A stretch of 61,993 bases of DNA, filler included. It is 4 parts of 4 records of this genome, joined end to end, with 100 filler letters (N's around TTAATTAATTAA, not from the genome) between each part and the next. Parts side by side here need not be neighbours in the genome. Positions count along the whole stretch, not along the records: positions 22,190 to 46,931 come from DRR378314_350; 3 more parts are not named here. The stretch is one strand, 5' to 3'. The notes beneath the pieces were generated by a model. The model made no database searches. It was not told the DNA's origin and saw nothing but the letters and a program-made list of their open reading frames with translations. Shown here one piece after another: positions 30,616 to 40,668 of the stretch (its first letter is position 1; every line of letters begins with the position of its first letter). A program made the position numbers and the translations under genes.

Positions 30616-31317
30616 AACATGGGAGAAGCCATCTCGCTGGCGCTTCAGCTGGTAACCTCCGGCAACGCCGATCTCTATGAGATCGTCGGCCTGTCTCTGC
30701 GCGTTAGCCTCAGTGCCACAATGTTTGCCTGCCTCATCGGGTTGCCGGTCGGCGCGTGGATGGCAATCAGCCGGTTTCGCGGTCGTGGCGCGGTCCTGGT
30801 ACTGATGAACGCCCTGATGGGGCTGCCGCCCGTCGTGGTTGGCCTGTTGGTCTACCTGCACCTGTCACGATCTGGGCCGCTGGGGTTTCTGGGCCTACTT
30901 TACACCCCCAGTGCGATGATCATCGCGCAGACAATTCTGATCGCACCGATCGTCGCCGCCCTGTCCCGGCAGGTACTGGAGGATTTGCATACGGAGTACG
31001 CGGAACAGTTCCGCTCGCTCTGTCTGAGCCGTGTGCAAACGATCACAGCACTTCTGTGGGACGCCCGATACTCGCTGCTGACCGTTGGCTTGGCCGGGTT
31101 TGGTCGCGCCGTGGCCGAAGTGGGCGCGGTCATGATCGTGGGCGGTAATATCGACCATCTGACCCGTGTGATGACCACGGCAATCGCACTGGAAACCTCC
31201 AAAGGGGATCTGGCGCTGGCGCTGGCGCTTGGGCTGGTGCTTCTAGTGATCGCACTGGGGGTCAATGCTGCAGTGCAGAGCCTACGGATGAGCGCGCGGA
31301 GGCAGGCCTATGTCTAG
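30610..31317 (+). CDS. tupB: tungstate ABC transporter permease
   Basis: NALMGLPPVVVGL, GFGRAVAEVGAVMIVGGNI...TRVMTTAIALETSKG; start TTG 30610 or ATG 30619. Confidence 0.9.
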   Translation: MQNMGEAISLALQLVTSGNADLYEIVGLSLRVSLSATMFACLIGLPVGAWMAISRFRGRGAVLVLMNALMGLPPVVVGLLVYLHLSRSGPLGFLGLLYTPSAMIIAQTILIAPIVAALSRQVLEDLHTEYAEQFRSLCLSRVQTITALLWDARYSLLTVGLAGFGRAVAEVGAVMIVGGNIDHLTRVMTTAIALETSKGDLALALALGLVLLVIALGVNAAVQSLRMSARRQAYV

Positions 31318-32068
31318 CATCGACACCGTTGGCTTCGCACCACAGGCACGGCCGGCCCAGCGTGAGGCCAATCTGCTGCCCTTGCGCGTGCGCGGGCTCG
31401 AACTGAGCTGTGATGGCACGCCCATCCTGCGTGGTCTCGATCTGGATCTGGCGCCCCATGGCTGCACCGCGATCATGGGGCCCAACGGGGCCGGCAAGAG
31501 CCTGCTACTGAAAATCCTGCACGGGCTGATCGCGCCCACATCCGGACGGATTGAATGGGGCAATCAATCCCCGGCGCAAGTCACCAAACGGCAGGCTCTG
31601 GTGTTTCAGAAGCCGGTTCTGCTGCGCCGATCCGTCGCCGCCAATATTGACTTTGTCCTGAAAGCGCGCGGCAAGCCTCGTCGGTCGCGCGACGCATTGC
31701 TGGACCACGTCGGTCTGCTCCACAAGGCCCGCCACCCGGCTCGGCGTCTTTCCGGCGGGGAGGCCCAACGGCTTGCCTTGGCCCGTGCGCTCGCGACAGA
31801 GCCGGAGGTGCTGTTGCTGGACGAGGCGACCGCGAGCCTTGACCCTGCCTCCGCCCAGGCGATCGAGGCCATTGTGCGCGACGCCTGCACCAGTGGCATT
31901 CGCGTGATTTGTGTCACCCATGACATCGGCCAGGCCAAGCGTCTCGCCGATGATGTGGTGTTCCTGCATGGCGGCTGCGTGGCCGAGCACAGCCCGGCGT
32001 GCGACTTCTTTCCCGAACCGCAATCCTCTGCGGCACGGGATTATTTGAACGGCAGACTTGTTTTCTGA
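31310..32068 (+). CDS. tupC: tungstate ABC transporter ATPase
   Basis: GPNGAGKS, VFQKPVLLRRSV, LSGGEAQR, LDEATASLDP; between tupB and tupA. Confidence 0.88.
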   Translation: MSSIDTVGFAPQARPAQREANLLPLRVRGLELSCDGTPILRGLDLDLAPHGCTAIMGPNGAGKSLLLKILHGLIAPTSGRIEWGNQSPAQVTKRQALVFQKPVLLRRSVAANIDFVLKARGKPRRSRDALLDHVGLLHKARHPARRLSGGEAQRLALARALATEPEVLLLDEATASLDPASAQAIEAIVRDACTSGIRVICVTHDIGQAKRLADDVVFLHGGCVAEHSPACDFFPEPQSSAARDYLNGRLVF

Positions 32069-32092
32069 CCAACACCTTAAGGGAGATCCCAT

Positions 32093-32914
32093 ATGAAGCT
32101 GAACCAGTCCTTCGGTGCGTCCATTGTCGCGCTGACTCTCGCCACAAGCGCCATTGCCGCCGACCAGTCGATCATCGTGCAATCGACCACATCGACCGCG
32201 AATTCAGGCCTCTACGACTATCTGCTGCCGATGTTTCAGGACAAAACTGGCATCCAGGTGAATGTCGTTGCTGTCGGTACAGGCCAGGCGATCAAGAACG
32301 CGCAGAACTGCGATGGCGACGTGCTGCTGGTCCACGCCAAGGCGTCTGAGGAGAAATTCGTCGAGGCGGGATTTGGCACCACGCGCACCGACCTGATGTA
32401 CAATGATTTCGTCATCGTCGGCCCCGCCGCAGACCCGGCAAACGTCGGTGGCATGGATGATGTGCAGGGTGCATTGTCGAAGATCTCCGACTCCGAGGCG
32501 CTGTTTGCCTCGCGCGGGGACGATTCCGGCACCCACAAGAAAGAGGTCGCGCTCTGGGCTGATGCGGGGGTCGATCCGGCGACCGGATCGGGTGAGTGGT
32601 ACCGCGAGACCGGCTCCGGCATGGGCGCAACGCTTAACGCGGGCATCGGCATGGGCGCCTATGTGATGACCGACCGCGCCACCTGGATCAGCTTTGGCAA
32701 CAAGCAGGACTATGAGATAAAGGTCGAGGGTGACGACGATCTGTTCAACCAATATGGCGTGATCCCGGTCAATCCGGTGCAATGCCCCTCGGTCAATGTC
32801 GAGGCCGCCAAGAGCTTTGCCGATTGGCTGATCTCCGAAGATGGCCAGAGCGCCATCGCCGCTTATGAAGTCAGCGACCAGCAACTGTTCTTCCCCAACG
32901 CGCCGAAGAACTGA
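32093..32914 (+). CDS. tupA: tungstate-binding periplasmic protein
   Basis: STTSTANSGL (TTS motif), VGTGQA, LVHA, MYNDF, SRGDDSGTH, DRATW. Confidence 0.93.
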   Translation: MKLNQSFGASIVALTLATSAIAADQSIIVQSTTSTANSGLYDYLLPMFQDKTGIQVNVVAVGTGQAIKNAQNCDGDVLLVHAKASEEKFVEAGFGTTRTDLMYNDFVIVGPAADPANVGGMDDVQGALSKISDSEALFASRGDDSGTHKKEVALWADAGVDPATGSGEWYRETGSGMGATLNAGIGMGAYVMTDRATWISFGNKQDYEIKVEGDDDLFNQYGVIPVNPVQCPSVNVEAAKSFADWLISEDGQSAIAAYEVSDQQLFFPNAPKN

Positions 32915-32960
32915 TACAGTCTGTGGGGCGGCACATTCGCCGCCCCCAACAGACTGCGAC

Positions 32961-33854
32961 ATGACCGATCTCGATTTCCCAGACCACGAATACCTGACCG
33001 TCCCCGAACTGGCGGAGCTGCTGCGCCTGAAGGAACGCAAGATCTATGACCTGGCGGCCTCGGGCCAGGTGCCCTGTTCCCGCGCCACTGGCAAGCTACT
33101 GTTTCCGGCCGCCGAAATCCGCAGCTGGATCGAGCAGGCCAAGTCCGGGGGGGCCGCGCCGCAACCGCAGGTCGACCGTCCACAGATCCTGCTGGGCAGC
33201 CATGATCCCTTGCTCGACTGGGCCGTTCGGCAGTCGCGTTCCGGCCTTGCGAGTTATTTCGACGGTTCAATGGACGGGCTGGAGCGGTTCGCCAAGGGCG
33301 ATGGGATCGCAGCGGGCCTGCATCTGCGGGACAGTAAGTCCGGCGTCTGGAACATCCCTGCGGTGCAGCGTGTCGCCAAGGGCCAGACTTGCGTCCTCAT
33401 CCGCTTTGCCAGCCGTCAGCGTGGCCTTGTCCATCGCGAAGACCACCCCGCACCCGCATCTCTGTTCGATATCCAAGGCCTGCGCCTTGCCCCCCGCCAA
33501 CCGGGATCGGGCACGGATCGGCTTTTCCGTGATCTGGCTGTAGAGGCACAGCTTGATCTTGCGGAGCTGACACTGACCGAAGTGGCCCGGTCTGAGGATG
33601 AGGCGGTGGAGAGCGTGCGTCGGGGTGCGGCGGATGTGACCTTTGGCCTTGAGGCGATGGCGCAGAGCTACGGGTTGCGGTTTACCCCGCTGGTGCAAGA
33701 GGAATTTGCCCTGCTGGTGGACCGCAAGGCCTGGTTCGAGCCCCCTTTCCAGACCTTTCTGACCTTCTGCCGGACTGAAACCTTTGCCCAGCGCGCAGCC
33801 AGCATGGGCGGCTATGACGTCTCGGACCTGGGCGCGGTGCTTTGGAATGCCTGA
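32961..33854 (+). CDS. excisionase-like HTH + molybdate/tungstate PBP-like domain regulator
   Basis: YLTVPELAELLRLKERKIYDLA...RATGKLLFP HTH; GSHDPLLDW, GSMDGL, RQRGL, RQPGSG PBP-like motifs. Confidence 0.85.
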   Translation: MTDLDFPDHEYLTVPELAELLRLKERKIYDLAASGQVPCSRATGKLLFPAAEIRSWIEQAKSGGAAPQPQVDRPQILLGSHDPLLDWAVRQSRSGLASYFDGSMDGLERFAKGDGIAAGLHLRDSKSGVWNIPAVQRVAKGQTCVLIRFASRQRGLVHREDHPAPASLFDIQGLRLAPRQPGSGTDRLFRDLAVEAQLDLAELTLTEVARSEDEAVESVRRGAADVTFGLEAMAQSYGLRFTPLVQEEFALLVDRKAWFEPPFQTFLTFCRTETFAQRAASMGGYDVSDLGAVLWNA

Positions 33855-33876
33855 CACCGCGCCTGGCAACGGCCCG

Positions 33877-34686
33877 TCAGGACCGCCAGTCCAGCACCCG
33901 TCGCTCGATCATGCCGATGGCACCGGAGGTCAGCACCCCCAGCAGCGACAGGATCACCACGCCGGCAAACAGCCGTTCCAGATCATAGAGCGAGCCCGCT
34001 TCGAGGATATAGGCGCCGATGCCGTATTGCGCGCCCAGCATCTCTGCCGCGACCAGCAGGATGATGGCGATGGCGAGGCTGATCCGCAGACCGGAGAGGA
34101 TGCCGGGCATCGCCCCGGGCAGCACGATCTTGCGCACGATCGACAGCCACGACAGGCCGAAGCTCTGCCCCATGCGGATCAGGGAGCGATCCACATTGTC
34201 CACCGCGCCATAGGTTGCAACCACCGTGGGCGTGAAGGTGCCAAAGGCGATCAATGCGTATTTCGACCCTTCGTCGATGCCGAACCAGATCACGAACAGC
34301 GGCAGCAGCGCGATTTTCGGGATCGGGAAAATGGCCGCCGTCAGCGGCACCAGCCCGGCGCGCACAAAGGAGAACAGCCCGATCAGAATGCCAACGCCCA
34401 CGCCGACACTGGCGCCCAGCGCGGCCCCCACGGCAAGGCGGGTCAACGACGGCACCATATGTTTGACGAACAGGCCCGATTGCCACAGCTCCACCAGCGT
34501 GGCGAGCACATCGGAGGGTCTGGGCAGGGTCAGGGCCGAGATGAAGCCGGCCCGCGTGCCCCATTCGACAAAGCCGATGATCACGGCAAAGACGGCAAGG
34601 CCAACCCAGCGATGCGCCTTGGGGGCAAACCCGCCGCCGCGAAAACGGACCTCAAGCGGTTGGCGCGACAAAGACGTGTCAGACAT
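33877..34686 (-). CDS. NitT/TauT family ABC permease
   Basis: FPIPKIALLPLFVIWFG, LPGAMPGILSGLRISLA, LVAAEM. Confidence 0.92.
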   Translation of the reverse strand: MSDTSLSRQPLEVRFRGGGFAPKAHRWVGLAVFAVIIGFVEWGTRAGFISALTLPRPSDVLATLVELWQSGLFVKHMVPSLTRLAVGAALGASVGVGVGILIGLFSFVRAGLVPLTAAIFPIPKIALLPLFVIWFGIDEGSKYALIAFGTFTPTVVATYGAVDNVDRSLIRMGQSFGLSWLSIVRKIVLPGAMPGILSGLRISLAIAIILLVAAEMLGAQYGIGAYILEAGSLYDLERLFAGVVILSLLGVLTSGAIGMIERRVLDWRS

Positions 34687-35446
34687 TCAAGAGCTCCTCA
34701 TCCGCCGCGCGGGCCTCGTCTCGCATCAGGTTCCAGAGGTGTTTCTGCACCTGCTCCAACTCCGCATCCGCATATCCGCGCTCTGACAGCGGTTTTGCAA
34801 TCTCAACCACCTCGCGGATCTGCCCGGGCCGGCGCGACAGCACCACGATCTTGTGGCCCAGCCGCACGGCCTCGGCGAGGTTGTGGGTGACATAGACGGC
34901 GGTGAAGGGCTGGCGCTCCCAAAGGGCGATCAGATCATCCATCAGCAATTCGCGCGTCTGACTGTCGAGCGCGGAGAGCGGCTCGTCCATCAGCATCACC
35001 GCAGGCTTCACCGCCAGCGCGCGGGCAATCGCCACCCGTTGCTTCATGCCGCCGGACAATTGCTTGGGCAGTGCCTTGGCAAAATCGGTCAGCTTGGTGC
35101 GCGCGAGCACATCCGCGATGATCTCATCCGCCTTGGCGCCCCGGATACCGTGATCCTCCAGCACCAGCGAAATATTCCCACGCACGCTGCGCCAGGGCAG
35201 CAGGGCAAAGTCCTGAAACACATAGGTCAGCGGGTTGAGACAGCCCTGGGGCGGTGTGCCCAGTTGCAGCACCCGCCCGGCCGAGGGCCGTTCAAGCCCG
35301 CCCAGAAAGCGCAGCAGCGTAGACTTGCCGCAGCCCGACGGCCCCACGAGGCAGACGATCTGCCCCGACGCCACATCAAGCGATATGTCCCGCAGGACCT
35401 CGGTCTCGCCATAGGCATGGCTGATCCCGTCCAGTCGAATATCCAT
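34679..35446 (-). CDS. NitT/TauT family ABC ATPase
   Basis: Start MDIRLDG; GPSGCGKST, VFQDFALLPW, LSGGMKQR, DEPLSALD. Confidence 0.92.
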   Translation of the reverse strand: MDIRLDGISHAYGETEVLRDISLDVASGQIVCLVGPSGCGKSTLLRFLGGLERPSAGRVLQLGTPPQGCLNPLTYVFQDFALLPWRSVRGNISLVLEDHGIRGAKADEIIADVLARTKLTDFAKALPKQLSGGMKQRVAIARALAVKPAVMLMDEPLSALDSQTRELLMDDLIALWERQPFTAVYVTHNLAEAVRLGHKIVVLSRRPGQIREVVEIAKPLSERGYADAELEQVQKHLWNLMRDEARAADEELLNV

Positions 35447-35501
35447 GAGATATATGCCTTGTCTTGGGAGCGGCGCCAGAGCCGCTCCCGGAAGTTCCGG
35501 T

Positions 35502-36518
35502 TCAGGCGCCGATGGTCTCGACGTAGCTGGTATCAAGGAAGGTCTCCAGCGTGATGCCGCTGTCCACCAGACCCTGCGCCTGCATCCAGGCCAGCTGATC
35601 CGCAACCGATGTCACATTGATCGCCGCGTCCTTGTTCAGGCGCATGGAGCCGTTGATGATCGAGGGGGCGGCCTTTTCGCGCGGGCGGTCGGTGTAGACA
35701 TATTTGTGGATCAGATCGACCATCTCGTTGATGGCCTCGTCGCCGTTTTCCTTGTCGACCATAGTGGCGTTGTAGTCGGCGACACCCATGCCAAAGCCCT
35801 TGAGGAAGCTTTCGGTCAGGCCACGTTCATCGCTGGCATTCTTGGCAGAGGTGAAAACGGTGGTGACCTGATAGTTCGGCAGGTAGTCCGCCACATCCCC
35901 GATGATATGCACCGCGCCGGAGCCCGCCAGCGGTTTGGCAATATGCGGCACGATGGACCAGGCGTCGATCTGACCCGACTTCAATGCGCCGATGATCGCA
36001 CCGACCTTTTGCAATGGCACAAACTGGGGCGTGCCGCCTTCTGCGCCCGCGATCTTGGACCCCATGTAGTGGAACGAGGATCCCGCCGTGGTCATGCCAA
36101 AGCGCCGACCGTCGAGACCCGCGGGCGAGGTCAGCCCGGCCTGATACGCCGCATCAGAAACCAGGATTTTCTGCCCGTCGATACCCGGCTCTTCGGAGAG
36201 CGCGCCCCCGATCACCTTGATCGCGCCCTTGTCCGCAAGGCTCAGCAGACCGCCGGAAATCGCGGTGACGCCAAAGTCGACATCGCCGGAGGCAATCGCC
36301 ACGGACATGGGCTGTGCGGCCTGAAAGAACTTCAGCTCCACGTCGAGGCCAGCCTCCTTGAAGTAGCCGCGCTCCAGCGCAATGTAGCTGCCGGAGTGGC
36401 TGGTCAGGCTCAGCGCGCCAACGACCGGCTTCTTGCCGGATGCGATGGCGGGTGCCGCAAGCCCAGAAGCGGCAGCCGCCCCCATGAGCGCAAGTGTCTG
36501 TCGTCTGTTAAAGGTCAT
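35502..36518 (-). CDS. NitT/TauT (SsuA/NMT1-like) substrate-binding protein, Tat signal
   Basis: MTFNRRQTLALMGAAAASGLAAPAIA; YIALERGYFKEAGLDVE; GDVDFG. Confidence 0.9.
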   Translation of the reverse strand: MTFNRRQTLALMGAAAASGLAAPAIASGKKPVVGALSLTSHSGSYIALERGYFKEAGLDVELKFFQAAQPMSVAIASGDVDFGVTAISGGLLSLADKGAIKVIGGALSEEPGIDGQKILVSDAAYQAGLTSPAGLDGRRFGMTTAGSSFHYMGSKIAGAEGGTPQFVPLQKVGAIIGALKSGQIDAWSIVPHIAKPLAGSGAVHIIGDVADYLPNYQVTTVFTSAKNASDERGLTESFLKGFGMGVADYNATMVDKENGDEAINEMVDLIHKYVYTDRPREKAAPSIINGSMRLNKDAAINVTSVADQLAWMQAQGLVDSGITLETFLDTSYVETIGA

Positions 36519-36562
36519 CCTGTTGTCCTCCCATTGGAATTCAGTCTTTGGCTCTGGTCCCG

Positions 36563-37228
36563 TCAGCCGCGCAGATCTGCCCGGATGTCCTCCTCCAGAA
36601 GCGCCAGAGCCCTTTGTGTGTCGCGGTCCATGATGGCTGTCTTGAGTGTTTCGTGCCGGGTGCGACGGGCCTCGAACGCGATCCGCCCCTCGCGCAGACG
36701 TGCCAATCGGAAACGGCGCGACTGGTCATAGAACCGCCCGGCCATGTCGATCAGGCGCGGCGAATTGCAAGCCGCAATCAGAGACAACATATGTGTCCGG
36801 CAGGCCTCATCCCATTCCAGCGCGGAGACGTCGTTGGGATCCTCGCGCACCTGATCCTCTGCCCGCATCATCTGGTGATGCGAGGCCACGACGGAGGCCT
36901 CCCAATCGACACCGCCCTGAACCATGGCGCGTGTCAGGGCCAGCTTCTCAACCTCGAGCCGCATCAGCAGGATATCGGCAAGATCATCCTCCGTTGCAGA
37001 GGTCACTCTGAACCCGCGTTGATTTGTGGCTTCGACCATGCCCTCGGACACCAGCATCCGCAGAGTTTCCCGCATCGAATGATTGGAGCCGCCGTAGCGC
37101 TGACGCAGGGCTTCGATCTTGAGCTTCTCATCCGGGCGCAGCGTGCCAAAGGAAATGTCGCGCCGGATCGCAGAGGCGAGCATGGCGACAACCGTATCGT
37201 CTTCGGTCGGGCGGCGAGAGAACAGCAT
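36563..37228 (-). CDS. GntR family regulator (FCD domain)
   Basis: Start MLFSRRP; IRRDISFGTLRPDEKLKIEALRQRYGGSNHSMRETL; the longer ORF-track N-terminus overlaps the receptor gene and is rejected. Confidence 0.88.
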   Translation of the reverse strand: MLFSRRPTEDDTVVAMLASAIRRDISFGTLRPDEKLKIEALRQRYGGSNHSMRETLRMLVSEGMVEATNQRGFRVTSATEDDLADILLMRLEVEKLALTRAMVQGGVDWEASVVASHHQMMRAEDQVREDPNDVSALEWDEACRTHMLSLIAACNSPRLIDMAGRFYDQSRRFRLARLREGRIAFEARRTRHETLKTAIMDRDTQRALALLEEDIRADLRG

Positions 37229-37496
37229 TTCGTCCCTGAAATTCAAAAATGTTGGATATTTAGGACTCTGCGTCACCAAACTGTCAACCCACTCTCGACC
37301 GCCACGATCACCAGCGTTGAAGAGCTGCACATACTGTTGCTCATTGGCGATGCATCTCGTGCCTGCCGTTGGGTACAGCAGGGCGCGCCACGCAATAATA
37401 CTTGACTCTTTTATATGGGTTTTATAGCCGCAGCCGTACCAAGCTTTTCCGCCAGGTAGACATGAGACCAACACGACTACGAGCGGAAGTGGCACA

Positions 37497-39596
37497 ATGG
37501 CACGTCGGACAACAGCTGTATCTTTTCTGGCCTTGATGGCGGCTCTGCCCGCTTCGGCAGAAGTTATCGAACTCGAACCAATTCTGATAAATGCCAACCG
37601 CGCCGAGGTGTTCTTTGGCGAGAGCGTGGCGCTCGACAGCGGCACAGTCGCAAAGACCGGCGATCCAATCCTTGAGACCCCTCGGGCGATCCATGTTGTC
37701 ACCGCCCAGCAGATCGCGGAACGGGGCGCCACCAACGTGGAACAGGCGCTGCAATACGCCTCCGGCATCACGGCGGGGCAATGGGGGCTCGACAACCGTT
37801 CCGACTGGTCGCTCGTGCGCGGTTTTGCCCCCTCCACGCTGCACGATGGCCTCAACGCCCGCTACGGCTATTACAATGATACCAAACCGGAACCCTTCCT
37901 GTTGAACAGCGTCGAGGTTCTGAAGGGCCCCGCATCAGGGCTGTATGGCAGCGGATCCGTGGGCGGCGTGGTCAACACCACCTCAAAAACCGCCGCACAA
38001 GACAGCGACAACCTCTGGCAACTCTCCGTCGGGTCCAACCAGCGCGCGCAGATCGCGGCTGACGTCAACGGCGACCTCAATGCGTCCGGCACATTGCGCT
38101 ACCGCATCGTTGGAGTGCTGCGCAATGCGGACACCCCGGTCGATTTCTCCCAGGATGACTCGCTGGCGCTGGCACCGTCGATCACCTGGCGCCCGAACGA
38201 TGACACCGAGCTGACGCTGCTCGCCAATTTCCAAAAGAGCGACGGCAGCCCGCTTTTGCAGTTTGCCTCGCTTTACGGCACGCTTGAGCCGGCCACCGGC
38301 TTTGGCAATGGCACCTATTTTGACGATACATTGTTCGTCGGCGAGCCCGGCTTTGATATCTTCAACAGTGAACAGCGCGGCGTCACCGCCATGGTGAGCC
38401 ATAGGTTCAACGAGGTCTGGAGCGTTGATGCCAGCGCACGGTATCTGGAGGGCGAAGCGCTCTATCAGCATGCCTGGTGGGCCTTTGATAACACCGCCAA
38501 CGGACGCTACAATCCCGATGGCACCATCAACCGCACGTTCTACCGTGCCGAGAACGAGATGAAGTCTGCCGCACTCGACGCCTATGCCACCGCGAGTTAC
38601 GCGCTGGGTGGGGTAAAGATGCGCAGCATCATCGGTGCCAGCTATTCGCGCGGCTACTACGACAGTGACACCGCGTATGGCGCGCAAATCGCCCCGATTG
38701 ATCCCTTCAACCCGACGTACACGGGCTATCCCAGCATCACCGTGACAGACAGCCCCGGCACTTCCATTACCGAATGGGGGGCCTATCTGCAAAACCGGGC
38801 AGTCGTGGACGATCGGCTGTTCATCGATTTTGGCCTGCGCTACGGCAGCATCAAGACCGGGGCGAGCACCGGCAGTTTTGGCGCGACCTCCGTCGCCGCA
38901 GACGACAGCGCATTGACCGGGAACTTTGCCGCGCTTTACCGGTTCGACAATGGCGTTGCCCCCTACTTCAGCTACGCAGAGAGCTTCCGTCAGGACGAGG
39001 TCGGGCGTGACGTCAACGGCACGCCGTTTGAACCGACGGAGGGCACCCAATATGAAATCGGGGTGAAATATCAGCCCGCCGGATCCGATACGCTCTTTGT
39101 CGCGTCGGTATTCGACCTGACCAAATCCAACATGACCGTAAGCGACCCGGCAAACCCGGGTTTCTCAATCCAGACCGGGGAAGCCACCGCCAGAGGGCTG
39201 GAACTGGAACTGTTCCACCGGATCGGCGACGTCAGCTTTGATGCCGCCTATACCTACCTCGACACCGAAAACTCCAGCGGTGCGCAAATCGGCCAGGTGC
39301 CCGAGAATGCGGCGTCACTCTGGGTCAACTACGCGCCAACGGTCGGAACACTGCAGGGCTGGAAGCTCGGCGCCGGGGTGCGATACACCGGGGCCGCGTG
39401 GGGCGGCAGCGACACCTATGAGACGCCTGCCTACACGCTCTACGACGCGGCCGTGACCTATTCCCGTGACAATTGGCAGGTGGCGCTGAACATCCAGAAC
39501 CTCCTGGACGAGAATTACGTTGCCACCTGCCAATCCGGTGCCTGCTACATCGGCGAGGGTCGCAATGTGTCCCTGACGCTCACGTCGAAATTCTAA
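37497..39596 (+). CDS. TonB-dependent siderophore receptor
   Basis: Signal peptide; ETPRAIHVV plug; EVLKGPASGLYG..GGVVN; NLLDENY; C-terminal Phe. Confidence 0.95.
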   Translation: MARRTTAVSFLALMAALPASAEVIELEPILINANRAEVFFGESVALDSGTVAKTGDPILETPRAIHVVTAQQIAERGATNVEQALQYASGITAGQWGLDNRSDWSLVRGFAPSTLHDGLNARYGYYNDTKPEPFLLNSVEVLKGPASGLYGSGSVGGVVNTTSKTAAQDSDNLWQLSVGSNQRAQIAADVNGDLNASGTLRYRIVGVLRNADTPVDFSQDDSLALAPSITWRPNDDTELTLLANFQKSDGSPLLQFASLYGTLEPATGFGNGTYFDDTLFVGEPGFDIFNSEQRGVTAMVSHRFNEVWSVDASARYLEGEALYQHAWWAFDNTANGRYNPDGTINRTFYRAENEMKSAALDAYATASYALGGVKMRSIIGASYSRGYYDSDTAYGAQIAPIDPFNPTYTGYPSITVTDSPGTSITEWGAYLQNRAVVDDRLFIDFGLRYGSIKTGASTGSFGATSVAADDSALTGNFAALYRFDNGVAPYFSYAESFRQDEVGRDVNGTPFEPTEGTQYEIGVKYQPAGSDTLFVASVFDLTKSNMTVSDPANPGFSIQTGEATARGLELELFHRIGDVSFDAAYTYLDTENSSGAQIGQVPENAASLWVNYAPTVGTLQGWKLGAGVRYTGAAWGGSDTYETPAYTLYDAAVTYSRDNWQVALNIQNLLDENYVATCQSGACYIGEGRNVSLTLTSKF

Positions 39597-39605
39597 CCAA
39601 AACCG

Positions 39606-39637
39606 CGCCTCCGGACCTGCCATCAGGTCTGGGGGCG
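39606..39637 (+). other. intercistronic stem-loop after the receptor gene
   Basis: CGCCTCCGGACCTG-CCAT-CAGGTCTGGGGGCG, no U tract. Confidence 0.55.
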
Positions 39638-39672
39638 TTCCGACTTCAGCCCGAACCTGAAAAGGGCGCCCC

Positions 39673-40668
39673 ATGCGTCAATTGTTCATTCTGGTGATCC
39701 TTGCATTGCTGCCACACAGAAGTGCGGCCGACGCGTTTCCGGTGGAAATCGACCACATCTATGGCAGCGCACGTATCGAGGCTCAGCCCACGCGCGTAGT
39801 CTCGCTCAGCTTTATCGGGCATGATTTCCTGCTGTCGCTCGGCGTGGTGCCCTATGCGCTCCGCAAATGGTACGGCCCGTTCGAATTTGGCGTCTGGCCG
39901 TGGGGCCAAGAGGCGCTTGGCGAAGAGACACCCGTTGTGATGCAGGGCGAAATCGACATCGAAGCCATCGCCGCGATGAAGCCCGACCTGATCGTCGGAC
40001 AATGGTCCGGCATGACCAGACGGGAATATGATCTGCTGTCGCAAATTGCCCCCACAGTCGCCTCGGCCCCCGGAACCGGCGACTACGGCATGACATGGCA
40101 GGATATGCTGCTGCGACTGGGCCAGGCCACGGGGCGGTCAGACAAGGCAGAGGCAGTGGTTGACCGCATCAATCAGCGCATCGCCCGTGTACGCGTCGAT
40201 CATCCCGAATGGCAGGGCGCAACCGGCATCATGGTCTGGGCCGGCACCACAGGCGCCTATACGGAACATGACATCCGCGGCAAGTTCCTCTCCGAACTTG
40301 GCTTTGTCACACCTCAGGCGATCCGGTCCCAGAGCAATTTGCACCATGCATATGTAAAGGTGCCGGACGAGGACCTTTCCCCGATTGATGCCGATGTGCT
40401 GATCTGGCTCGACAGCGGGGCTTCGGTGGACCGTCTGAACCGCCTGCCCCTGCGCCGGTTCATGCGGGCCTACTCGGAGGGGCGGGAGATCTACTCCGAC
40501 CTGATGCTGTCTTCCGCCTTGTCGCATTCAAGCCCACTCAGTCTCGACTATGCCCTCGACACGCTGGTGCCGCTGCTGGAGCAGGCCATGGACGGTGATC
40601 CTGCGACCGAAGTCACCTCCTCACGGGCCGCGGGCATTCTTGCAGGAGGTCCCGCTGATGACAGCTGA
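39673..40668 (+). CDS. iron-siderophore ABC substrate-binding protein
   Basis: FPVEIDHIYG, PTRVVSL, IEAIAAMKPDLI, LSQIAPTV. Confidence 0.92.
   Translation: MRQLFILVILALLPHRSAADAFPVEIDHIYGSARIEAQPTRVVSLSFIGHDFLLSLGVVPYALRKWYGPFEFGVWPWGQEALGEETPVVMQGEIDIEAIAAMKPDLIVGQWSGMTRREYDLLSQIAPTVASAPGTGDYGMTWQDMLLRLGQATGRSDKAEAVVDRINQRIARVRVDHPEWQGATGIMVWAGTTGAYTEHDIRGKFLSELGFVTPQAIRSQSNLHHAYVKVPDEDLSPIDADVLIWLDSGASVDRLNRLPLRRFMRAYSEGREIYSDLMLSSALSHSSPLSLDYALDTLVPLLEQAMDGDPATEVTSSRAAGILAGGPADDS

Noticed and set aside
37229-37855. Apparent 430-aa GntR with novel N-terminal domain
   Set aside because: The extension runs antisense through the receptor gene and promoter; the plausible start is ATG 37228.
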